Assembly: GCA_021813435.1 (NCBI GenBank)
Contig: JAKAKR010000013.1
Coordinates: 67,494-91,493, forward strand
DNA length: 24,000 nucleotides
Origin: Nanobdellota archaeon
GTDB taxonomy: Archaea > Nanobdellota > Nanobdellia > Woesearchaeales > UBA9642
Reading direction: 5' to 3'
Shown piece after piece: positions 8,523-16,066 of this stretch (position 1 is the first letter of the stretch; each line of letters opens with the position of its first letter). The notes beneath the pieces are model-generated. The model did no database searches. It was not told the origin of the DNA and worked only from the letters and a program-made list of their open reading frames with translations. The translations under genes were made by a program, and so were the position numbers.

Positions 8523-9032
8523 ATGGAAAACGATAACTTACGATGCGAAGCCTGTAATAGAGAGTTTACAAGTCAAGAAGCCATAGATTCTCATAATAAA
8601 TCGAAACACCATCATTCTCAAAAACAGAATCATACATTTCCTACAAAGACCGTAGCAATAGTTGTGGTGTTGATGCTTGCGATTATCGGCGTTGCTGCAT
8701 TTATCGTCGTTGGACACAAGACGGCCAATACTCCTGCTGGAAACACAATAAATCCCTCGTCCAGTGATACTGTACAGACGGCAACACTACGTGTGTCTGG
8801 ATCAAATTATATTCTCGAACCTTCAACATTTAAGAAAGATATTCCTGTAAAACTCATTGCAAATATCAACAGTATGCCGGGATGTTCTAAATCAGTAACC
8901 ATACCTGCATTTGGAATATTAAAATATGTGACTGCAAATGATAATAGTATAACATTTACACCAACCAAAACAGGAACATTCAGTATTGCTTGTTCAATGA
9001 GCATGTATACGGGAACGTTTACTGTAGAATAA
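8523..9032 (+). CDS. C2H2 zinc finger - transmembrane - cupredoxin-like protein
   Basis: LRCEACNREFTSQEAIDSHNKSKHH (C2H2), one TM segment (TVAIVVVLMLAIIGVAAFIVV), C-terminal MPGCSKSVTIPAFGILKYV...FTPTKTGTFSIACSMSMYTGTFTVE (cupredoxin-like). GAGGTG lies 7 nt before ATG 8523. Confidence 0.75.
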   Translation: MENDNLRCEACNREFTSQEAIDSHNKSKHHHSQKQNHTFPTKTVAIVVVLMLAIIGVAAFIVVGHKTANTPAGNTINPSSSDTVQTATLRVSGSNYILEPSTFKKDIPVKLIANINSMPGCSKSVTIPAFGILKYVTANDNSITFTPTKTGTFSIACSMSMYTGTFTVE

Positions 9033-9079
9033 TGGTTTTCCCATATAGAAACTTTTAATCTTATTCCTTTATTCTTTTA

Positions 9080-9360
9080 TTAAATCGTATGATTGTAAAA
9101 ATCCCTCATTTGTTTATAATCTTTGAGAAATTTAACTCCTTTTTTTGTTAATGCATACGTTCTTTTTTTGATCTCTACACTGTAATAAATTGTTTTTCAT
9201 AAGTTCATTAAGATAATCTTTGAGCATGGGATGCGGTAAATTTACGGTATACATAATTTACGTAGGTTTTGCTTTTCCATCGTTATTTATAAAAATAGTG
9301 GATATAACAGCAGTATTGACAGCATAGTCAGTGCCCTTACGGCGAGCAATAGTTATAACA
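9080..9360 (-). pseudogene. Remnant of an archaeal winged-helix regulator (HTH_45-like)
   Basis: Minus strand reads ..VITIARRKGTDYAVNTAVISTIFINNDGKAKPT*IMYTVNLPHPMLKDYLNELMKNNLLQCRDQKKNVCINKK then shifts frame at a 7-nt A run into GVKFLKDYKQMRDFYNHTI*. Looks like one wHTH domain broken by a stop (9258-9260) and a frameshift (T run 9140-9146 on the + strand). Confidence 0.6.
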
Positions 9361-9364
9361 AAAT

Positions 9365-9434
9365 CCGATGCAAAGGGAGATTGCATCGGGAAAATCTGTA
9401 GATTTTCTCGATGTTCTGAAAATCTTTGATTTTC
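9365..9434. repeat. Three consecutive hairpins
   Basis: CCGATGCAA-N7-TTGCATCGG (9365-9389); GAAAATC-tgta-GATTTTC (9390-9407); GAAAATC-ttt-GATTTTC (9418-9434). Confidence 0.75.
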
Positions 9435-9490
9435 ACAACAAGAGTGCATTTGCATATAAATTACATAAACTCATTGCGAACGGACGCGAC

Positions 9491-9594
9491 TGAGCAACGC
9501 TCGCACGCGAATATAGCGTATGCTTTTGATTATTCTCCGAGTTATTTGTAATAACTGTTTTATCCTAAGATTCGCTCGGTGCGAGCGTTGCTCA
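9491..9594. repeat. 16-bp perfect inverted repeat with 72-nt spacer
   Basis: TGAGCAACGCTCGCAC (9491-9506) and GTGCGAGCGTTGCTCA (9579-9594). Confidence 0.85.
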
Positions 9595-9688
9595 TGATGA
9601 TATCAACACAGCGGGATATAACTATGACTCCATAAAACCAAAACGTCAAAAAGCAACATTTAAATAATATTTCCTGTTGCGCTGCGGC

Positions 9689-10330
9689 ATGGGCATGGAT
9701 GACGAATGGAAACAGGTCTATGAAGACAAGGCATTGCGCGATATCCCGGATCATGAGCGTGGTGCATGGTCCCGTGAGGGATTTGCAGAACTGCTCAAGA
9801 TAACGCAGGATCTGGTCCTGCAATTGCATGGCATCACAACCATCATTGATGTCGGCTGCGGTGTCGGCGCATACTGTAGGGCGCTCCATGACAAAGGATA
9901 TCATGTTGAGGGTGTCGATTATTCTGAGCGCATGATTGCGCGCGCAAAAGAGAGAAACCCCGGCATGACGTTCAATGTCGGCAACGGATATAACCTCGCG
10001 TATGCTGACCAGGCATTTGATCTTGCAATATCGATTGGCGCATTGCAATGCTTATATAATCATGAGCAATTTCTCCGGGAACTTGCACGAGTCGCAAGAA
10101 AGGCAATCATCATCTCAACGCATGTGAGAACACAGGAAGTGTATAATCCCAAGGCAATTCTTGCCGCAGAACTTGCAGAGGATCCCTGGCCAGTGCGCGA
10201 ATATAATGAAAGCGAAATCATCCCGATTCTTGAATCCGCAGGATTTGAAACGACCATCATCCACGAGTATGAAGGAAAGAAAATCACTGACGGATGTTTT
10301 GTCGTCGCAAAGCGGAAAGCTTTTAAATGA
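9689..10330 (+). CDS. Class I SAM-dependent methyltransferase
   Basis: TTIIDVGCGVGAYCRALHDKGYHVEGVDYSERMIARAKERNPGMTFNVGNGYNLAYADQAFDLAISIGALQC. Confidence 0.88.
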   Translation: MGMDDEWKQVYEDKALRDIPDHERGAWSREGFAELLKITQDLVLQLHGITTIIDVGCGVGAYCRALHDKGYHVEGVDYSERMIARAKERNPGMTFNVGNGYNLAYADQAFDLAISIGALQCLYNHEQFLRELARVARKAIIISTHVRTQEVYNPKAILAAELAEDPWPVREYNESEIIPILESAGFETTIIHEYEGKKITDGCFVVAKRKAFK

Positions 10331-10351
10331 CTGATTGCTCCTTACCGCCAT

Positions 10352-10447
10352 AGCGGGGTAGAGCAGTCAGGAGTGCTCGCAGGGCTCATAACCCTGAGGT
10401 CGCTAGAGGTAAGAAATTACCGGCGAATTCAAATCTAGCCCCCGCTA
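10352..10447 (+). tRNA. Initiator tRNA-Met(CAT) with a non-canonical T-arm intron
   Basis: Acceptor AGCGGGG/CCCCGCT starting with A-T, D stem GAGC/GCTC, anticodon stem CAGGG/CCCTG with three G-C pairs next to loop CTCATAA (initiator hallmark), T stem GCTAG/CTAGC with loop TTCAAAT once 10407-10427 is removed. Confidence 0.92.
10407..10427 (+). other. 21-nt intron in the initiator tRNA between positions 53 and 54
   Basis: Bulge AG|A (10405-10407), 4-bp helix CGCT 10401-10404/GGCG 10422-10425 (one G-U), bulge AA|T (10426-10428), inner helix GGTAA-gaaa-TTACC (10408-10421). Confidence 0.85.
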
Positions 10448-10474
10448 TTTTTTCTATTTTTTCAGTTCGTTTCA

Positions 10475-10506
10475 TGATTTGTTTCTAGTCATTATGAAAC
10501 AAATCA
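10475..10506. repeat. 11-bp perfect inverted repeat at the 5' end of the endonuclease ORF
   Basis: TGATTTGTTTC (10475-10485), 10-nt spacer, GAAACAAATCA (10496-10506). Confidence 0.8.
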
Positions 10507-11279
10507 CTCTGCTCACTGGACATTTAGGCGAAAGGCATATCTATAGATGCTGTCTTCTTAAGACAATGCAACGGGATGTATCTGAAAATGATAGAATAAG
10601 AGGTATAAAACTTCCTAAAGAAATTTCTAAAGACTTAGCATATCTCTGCGGGATATTTGCTGGAGATGGAAGCCTTGGATATCGACGAAAAAAGAATGAA
10701 TATTGCCTTAAAGTTGTGGGAAATCCTAAAGACGAGAAAGAATTTTATCATCAAGTTATTGGACCGAAATTCGAGAAAGTGTTCGGAATACTTCCGAGAA
10801 TGAAATACCATGATTCAAAAACAACTTATGGATTTAGTATCTACTCGAAATCTATATATCTATATTTAGTAAATGTTACTGGCTTGCCTTCAGGAGTCAA
10901 ATACCATTCTCTAAAAGTCCCAGATATATTTCTTGATGATAAAAAATTAACAATGGCATTTATTAGAGGAGTATTTGACACAGACGGATGTATATCTTTC
11001 AAGAAAAGGTATCGGACTGAACCCTATTATCCAACAATTAGCGTTTGTTCAAAAAGCAGAAAATTTATAGATGAAATCGCGGATATATTAAAAACTACGC
11101 AGTTAATATTCTCTGGACCATATACATATATGCAAAAAGATATGCGTATTACGCAAGGACATACTACAACGAGCCGCATCTATATTTACGGTCACAAAAA
11201 TCTTCAGATATGGATAGATACAATTGATTTTTATAGTCCTAAACATTTGGCAAAAATACAGAAATACGCAAAATTGTAA
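10494..11279 (+). CDS. LAGLIDADG-type homing endonuclease (two motifs)
   Basis: LAYLCGIFAGDGSLGYR and MAFIRGVFDTDGCISF, about 110 residues apart. Start uncertain: ATG 10494, ATG 10566 or TTG 10479. Confidence 0.88.
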   Translation: MKQITLLTGHLGERHIYRCCLLKTMQRDVSENDRIRGIKLPKEISKDLAYLCGIFAGDGSLGYRRKKNEYCLKVVGNPKDEKEFYHQVIGPKFEKVFGILPRMKYHDSKTTYGFSIYSKSIYLYLVNVTGLPSGVKYHSLKVPDIFLDDKKLTMAFIRGVFDTDGCISFKKRYRTEPYYPTISVCSKSRKFIDEIADILKTTQLIFSGPYTYMQKDMRITQGHTTTSRIYIYGHKNLQIWIDTIDFYSPKHLAKIQKYAKL

Positions 11280-11280
11280 A

Positions 11281-11568
11281 CTATCCTTTCCCTTCTTTCA
11301 GCTGTTTGACCACTTTTTCGAATGCAGCGATCTGATTCATGGTCAATGATTTATTTTTGAGATACGCTGCCTTGATGTTTCTTAAGAACACACTCTCTTT
11401 ATAGTATTCCTCGGGGATGTCGAATAATGATTTGTACGCGGGATCAGTGATCTCTTCATTCAGCGCTCCTTTCTGGCATTCATAACAGTAGACGTATCTT
11501 TGCGATCCATACGCCATGACATAATTCTTCTTGCATCGTGCACATTTTTGCTTGAATGGGACTGCCAT
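11281..11568 (-). CDS. Small zinc-ribbon protein
   Basis: MAVPFKQKCARCKKNYVMAYGSQRYVYCYECQKG: CxxC...CxxC in a 95-aa ORF. Confidence 0.65.
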   Translation of the reverse strand: MAVPFKQKCARCKKNYVMAYGSQRYVYCYECQKGALNEEITDPAYKSLFDIPEEYYKESVFLRNIKAAYLKNKSLTMNQIAAFEKVVKQLKEGKG

Positions 11569-11687
11569 GATGATCACAACAGGCACTTATTTATATAATC
11601 TGTGAATTTGACATGCCACCCCTCATGAGCTCAATCCTTCATGATAGATTCCAGCGACAGATATGTAGTAAAAAATTGTTGAAGAAA

Positions 11688-12515
11688 TTATGCCGTAACA
11701 GGCGGAATTTTTTTGAACATAAAATAGATCCATCTATTATGCGCTATCGCAATGCGTTGATCGCGTAATTTTTCATACGCAGCGTTGAGGATTTGCTCCT
11801 GTTTTTCGCGCGGTATACCTTCAAAGAATGTAGCGGTTGCAGGAATCCTGAAAAAATGGAAAAAATCTTCTAATGACCGCGGGCCAATGTCTACGGATTC
11901 TGTCTTTATGAGCGTGAATCCTGAAAGGTTAAATAGTGTTTCGATCTGTTCTTTAGTCACGTGAGGCGTAAGTTTTCCTGTAGGTTCGAATCCTTGTGCG
12001 CGCATTTCAGAGAATAGGGTATTCATGATCAGTTTCTGGTTTGGCTCTGGACTCCCAAAATCAAAGAACTGCTGGTTGAGATTAAAGATCACTGTTCCAT
12101 CATCGCGTAGAATATGGGATATCGCAGTGATGACTTTCTCGTGATGAGGAAACTGCCAGAACGCAGAATTGCATACTACATTATCGACTTTTTCAGGGAC
12201 GACGGTATCGATATCCTGCGCGTCTGCAACAATAAAAGTGACTGCAGTTGCATTGATGATGTTTTGAGCAGTCGTTATCATGTCGCGGGAAAAGTCTATG
12301 GCATAAATTTTCTTTATTGCCGGAAAACGTTTAAGGATTTCCAGCGTGGTCAAGCCTGTCCCACATGCTAAATCTACAACAATGCTATCAGGTGTCATGT
12401 CTGCAAATGTGATCAATGCCTCATTGGTCTTCTTGTATTGCGGATATGTCAATGCATAGTCATGATATAATTTCCCGCTAATGTCCCATAGTTGTAAAAA
12501 AGGTATCACTATCAT
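11688..12515 (-). CDS. Class I SAM-dependent methyltransferase
   Basis: DSIVVDLACGTGLTTLEILKRFPAIKKIYAIDFSRDMITTAQ...VDNVVCNSAFWQF....LRDDGTVIFNL. Confidence 0.87.
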   Translation of the reverse strand: MIVIPFLQLWDISGKLYHDYALTYPQYKKTNEALITFADMTPDSIVVDLACGTGLTTLEILKRFPAIKKIYAIDFSRDMITTAQNIINATAVTFIVADAQDIDTVVPEKVDNVVCNSAFWQFPHHEKVITAISHILRDDGTVIFNLNQQFFDFGSPEPNQKLIMNTLFSEMRAQGFEPTGKLTPHVTKEQIETLFNLSGFTLIKTESVDIGPRSLEDFFHFFRIPATATFFEGIPREKQEQILNAAYEKLRDQRIAIAHNRWIYFMFKKIPPVTA

Positions 12516-12633
12516 AATGCGTATGCAAAGTTAATAAATTCTTCGAATTTTTTTAATTCAGGAACACATTGCTAAAGATATGTACATCAGATTAGTACAT
12601 AACCTTTATTAAATCGGTTTGTTTTGCGGAATC

Positions 12634-13599
12634 ATGCGTAAACTTGCAAAATTTTCATCCAAAGTATTTCTTGCGCCCATGGCAGGCATCACTGACCCTG
12701 CATTCCGATTGCTCTGCAAAGAGGAAGGTGCGGGGCTTGTTACGACTGAACTTACCAGCATCCACGCCATTGTTGCAAAGGAAAAGCAGTTATCACAGGA
12801 AAACAAGGCAATCACGCAATTTGTCGAATATTCTGAAAAGGAGCGTCCTATCGCAATCCAACTGTTTGGCAATGATATTGATCTTGCAGTCCGCGCCGCA
12901 AAGATTGTTGAACCCTATTTTGACATTATTGATTTTAATATGGGCTGTCCTGCGCCGCATATCACCCAGCAGGAAGCAGGCGCTGCACTTTTGCAGAAAC
13001 CTGTACATGTAAAAGAATTATTTGCACGGCTTGTAACATCCATCGATAAACCCGTCACCCTTAAAGTCCGTGCAGGGATAAAGAGCGATAATCCGCATCT
13101 CTACCGCGATATTGCAAAAATTGCAGAGGATTGCGGAATCGCGATGATTACACTACATGCAAGAACGCTTGAGCAGGGATATTCAGGAACTGCAGACTGG
13201 AAACTTATTGCGGATTTGAAATCCCGGGTCACTATCCCGGTTGTCGGCAATGGCGATATCAAGACTCCTGAGGATGCAAAGCGCATGATGGATGAGACAG
13301 GCTGTGATTATGTGATGATTGGACGGGCTGCGATGGGCAACCCGCAAATATTTTTGCAATGCAATGAGTACATTACCTCTGGGAGATATACGCAGATAAC
13401 AGTGCAGGATAAGGTCAAATCATTTTTGCAGTATCTTGCGTATGCAAGAGATTATGCCATAAGCCCTGCAGCAATCAAGGTGCAGGCAATGCAATTCACT
13501 AAAGGCATTCCCGGCGCGCCGGACTTGCGAAGAAAGATTAGCGCATGCAGGAGTGGAGAAGAGTTCAGAGAACTATTTACACATCATGATGATGTATAA
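12634..13599 (+). CDS. tRNA-dihydrouridine synthase family protein
   Basis: FLAPMAGITDPAFRLLCKEEGAGLVTTELTS...IDFNMGCPAPHITQQEAGAALLQKP...ITLHARTLEQGYSGTADWKLI..LKSRVTIPVVGNGDIKTPEDAKRMMDETGCDYVMIGRAAMGNP. Confidence 0.93.
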   Translation: MRKLAKFSSKVFLAPMAGITDPAFRLLCKEEGAGLVTTELTSIHAIVAKEKQLSQENKAITQFVEYSEKERPIAIQLFGNDIDLAVRAAKIVEPYFDIIDFNMGCPAPHITQQEAGAALLQKPVHVKELFARLVTSIDKPVTLKVRAGIKSDNPHLYRDIAKIAEDCGIAMITLHARTLEQGYSGTADWKLIADLKSRVTIPVVGNGDIKTPEDAKRMMDETGCDYVMIGRAAMGNPQIFLQCNEYITSGRYTQITVQDKVKSFLQYLAYARDYAISPAAIKVQAMQFTKGIPGAPDLRRKISACRSGEEFRELFTHHDDV

Positions 13600-14282
13600 G
13601 AGTCGTTCTTATCCATAATATGCGTTGTTTGTTGAGCAATTTTTCTTCCACCAACAATCGATCCTGCGGTGAGGATAATTGTCCACAAGAATCCTGCACC
13701 CAAACACACCGGCGTTCTCAATTCCTCAGGAAAATACGCATAATTGAGTGTCTGGATAACATTCCATGCAGTAAGTGTTCCAATCAGCGCTATCTTATAA
13801 TTTGCTCCGGGGATATTGTCGATATAGCGTTCTTTAAATTTATTCGTGAACGAGCGCCATCGCTCTTTACATGTTCCAGAATAATTCTTGAATATGCCTG
13901 CATAGTTTTTGAACAGTGCGGTAATCGAATAATCAGATTTTTCACCGACAGTATTATTGACAAAGAAATAACTGTTCATAATGTTCCCGAAAAGATTCGG
14001 GCCTAATGCAGATTTCAGAAAAGGGTTTGCAGAGATATACGCGCCCACTAATTCCCCGGACTGCATGACTGCATCAATAGACGCGCCATAGAACGGCGCA
14101 AGGATTGCAGTATACCGTAATTTCTTTGGATTTATTTTTTTATCGATCATGAGTTGGGAGATCATATCACTTGCAACAAAAGTGAACTCTGCAGTGATCA
14201 TAGAACCGATATGGGGATGTGCTTTCTGAAGCTGCATATACTGATTCCAGACATCTGTCACAAGATTGCTGATATCCATCAT
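13584..14282 (-). CDS. Mpv17/PMP22-like membrane protein
   Basis: VWNQYMQLQKAHPHIGSMITAEFTFVASDMISQLMIDKK and a C-terminal AWNVIQTLNYAYFPEELRTPVCLGAGFLWTIILTA, matching the Mpv17 pattern (Y..L..HP..T..vt.g.l...gD.isQ; W...Q..Nf..vP...R......W...LS). Confidence 0.55.
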   Translation of the reverse strand: MMDISNLVTDVWNQYMQLQKAHPHIGSMITAEFTFVASDMISQLMIDKKINPKKLRYTAILAPFYGASIDAVMQSGELVGAYISANPFLKSALGPNLFGNIMNSYFFVNNTVGEKSDYSITALFKNYAGIFKNYSGTCKERWRSFTNKFKERYIDNIPGANYKIALIGTLTAWNVIQTLNYAYFPEELRTPVCLGAGFLWTIILTAGSIVGGRKIAQQTTHIMDKNDSYTSS

Positions 14283-14314
14283 ATATCTCTCAAAGTAGTA
14301 TTTAGCCGTAGTAT

Positions 14315-14722
14315 TTAGCCGTAGCTTTTTGGTATGAAATGCGGCTTGAAATAATCCGCAGTATCCAGCATCTTTTTTTTGTGCACGAGCAGAAAATTTC
14401 CGCAACCATGAACATACGCCGGATCTTGATCTTTCATATCGACCAATACACGATTTTGCGGGTCAAGTTTCCGTCGACTATACGACGGGAAGCTCGATTG
14501 TGGCACAAGTTCTTCAAATGCACATTCAGGGATGATGACAATGCCCCCGGTAAAAACACTATCCAAACTCGCATAAAAATAATCGGACTTATTTACCCGC
14601 GAAATAATCTTGAGTAAATCAGAAGGAATGCTTATTCTACCTTTGGAATCAGTGGAGTACTCTTTGATCCCTGTTAACGGCGCCGGGAATATATTTTTTT
14701 CTGATACATAAATATACATCAT
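14315..14722 (-). CDS. MraZ / SpoVT-AbrB-like protein with two DxxxR motifs
   Basis: EYSTDSKGRISIPSDLLKII...and RRKLDPQNRVLVDMKDQ...VHGCGNFLLVHKK. TATA-like TTTATAAATA at 14741-14750 favours start 14722/14719 rather than 14758 or 14908. Confidence 0.55.
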   Translation of the reverse strand: MMYIYVSEKNIFPAPLTGIKEYSTDSKGRISIPSDLLKIISRVNKSDYFYASLDSVFTGGIVIIPECAFEELVPQSSFPSYSRRKLDPQNRVLVDMKDQDPAYVHGCGNFLLVHKKKMLDTADYFKPHFIPKSYG

Positions 14723-14815
14723 TTTGTCACCACTCGCAGGTTTATAAATATTACGCATTTTTACTGACGCAGGTTTCGTCGTAAACTTTATTAATGACCG
14801 TAATCGCCTGCATAC

Positions 14816-15493
14816 ATGGCATTCATTGCAGGAATTGATGAAGCAGGACGCGGACCACTTATCGGCCCATTGGTCATCTGTGTTGCCGCAATCAAGGAAG
14901 AATTGCATGAATCCCTGCGCGAACTCGGGGTCAAGGATTCAAAACTGCTTTCCGAAAAACAGCGCGAAGAAATCTATAAATTTCTTGAACACCAGGTTAG
15001 GTTCGAACTCCGGATTGTGCAGCCTTCTGAAATCGACGAAGCAGTGACTTCCAAGACCACAAACCTCAACTGGCTCGAGGCAGATATCGGATCTGATCTT
15101 CTCAATAAGCTTGATGTCAAATTGGATGGAGAGGTCTCCCGGGTCATTATCGACTGCCCATCCAACAATCCCAAGGCATACGAAGCGTATTTTAAGAAGC
15201 GCGTTGACAATGAAGAGATTGCATTCCAAGTCGAGCATAAGGCAGACCTGAACCATCTTATTGTCGGCGCAGCATCCATCATCGCTAAAGTGACGCGTGA
15301 AAAAGAGTTGGAAAAAATCAAGAGAAAACTGAAGATTGATTTCGGTTCAGGATACCCGGGCGATCCCAAGACCAAGGCATTTGTCCAAGAGTACCATGAC
15401 AACGCAAAATACCATCATCTCTTCCGCAAATCCTGGGCAACATATACCGCGATCAGCGAGCAGAAATTACAAAAGAGCCTTGGCGAATTCTAG
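14816..15493 (+). CDS. rnhB: Ribonuclease HII
   Basis: MAFIAGIDEAGRGPLIGPLVICVAAI...LGVKDSKLLSEKQREEIY...KADLNHLIVGAASIIAKVTREKELEKIK...DFGSGYPGDPKTKAFVQEY. Confidence 0.96.
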   Translation: MAFIAGIDEAGRGPLIGPLVICVAAIKEELHESLRELGVKDSKLLSEKQREEIYKFLEHQVRFELRIVQPSEIDEAVTSKTTNLNWLEADIGSDLLNKLDVKLDGEVSRVIIDCPSNNPKAYEAYFKKRVDNEEIAFQVEHKADLNHLIVGAASIIAKVTREKELEKIKRKLKIDFGSGYPGDPKTKAFVQEYHDNAKYHHLFRKSWATYTAISEQKLQKSLGEF

Positions 15494-15538
15494 GACATTT
15501 TTCGTTAACTATATAAAGCACCATAAAAAATATGAGTT

Positions 15539-16060
15539 ATGGGTAAAAAAGAGGCGAACACTGTTTCTGAACCAGTTCCTGCACCAAATGTTCTTGACAG
15601 TAGACCTGCGTATTTCAAAGTCGAGGGTCCAAAACCGCAGATTACCCCGCTCGATAACCGGGAATCAAAATTCGTCAATACTGTCCTTCCTATCCTCAAA
15701 TCAGTCTCGAACGTCATCATTATCCTGCTCATTGTTGCGCTCGTGGTCACAATCGTCTACAAACTTTACGCCCTTTTCTTTGTGGATATGATGAGCGGCA
15801 ATTTCCAGAATGTCATCAATGATCTCCTGCTCACGATCATCCTTATCGAACTCTTCACCATCCTGTATTCATATCTCGTGAAGTATTATATCAAGGTCGA
15901 GCGTGTCATCGAGCTTGGGATCATATCCATCATCCGGGAGATGCTCTTTAAGATCCAGGAATTTGAGGCAAATAAGATCTATGCAGTCGCAGTCCTTCTG
16001 GTCTCATTCGGACTTCTCTTCTTTATTGAGAAATATTATTCCAAGTCAAGGAATGTATAG
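15539..16060 (+). CDS. PsiE-like membrane protein
   Basis: Four-helix hydrophobic layout with LLLTIILIELFTILYSYLVKYYIKVERVIELGIISIIREMLFKI, typical of the phosphate-starvation-inducible PsiE domain. Confidence 0.75.
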   Translation: MGKKEANTVSEPVPAPNVLDSRPAYFKVEGPKPQITPLDNRESKFVNTVLPILKSVSNVIIILLIVALVVTIVYKLYALFFVDMMSGNFQNVINDLLLTIILIELFTILYSYLVKYYIKVERVIELGIISIIREMLFKIQEFEANKIYAVAVLLVSFGLLFFIEKYYSKSRNV

Positions 16061-16066
16061 AATAGT

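Noticed and set aside
9258-9455. Listed minus-strand ORF as an intact gene
   Set aside because: Only its downstream end resembles a winged-helix domain, which continues past the stop. Its upstream part lies over the hairpin cluster.
9594-9600. ATGATGA as a C-box of a C/D guide RNA
   Set aside because: No convincing paired D/D' boxes at suitable spacing.
11281-11568. Zinc-ribbon protein as a partner of the endonuclease (toxin-antitoxin-like pair)
   Set aside because: Opposite strand, convergent layout and no shared promoter; nothing in the sequence links them.
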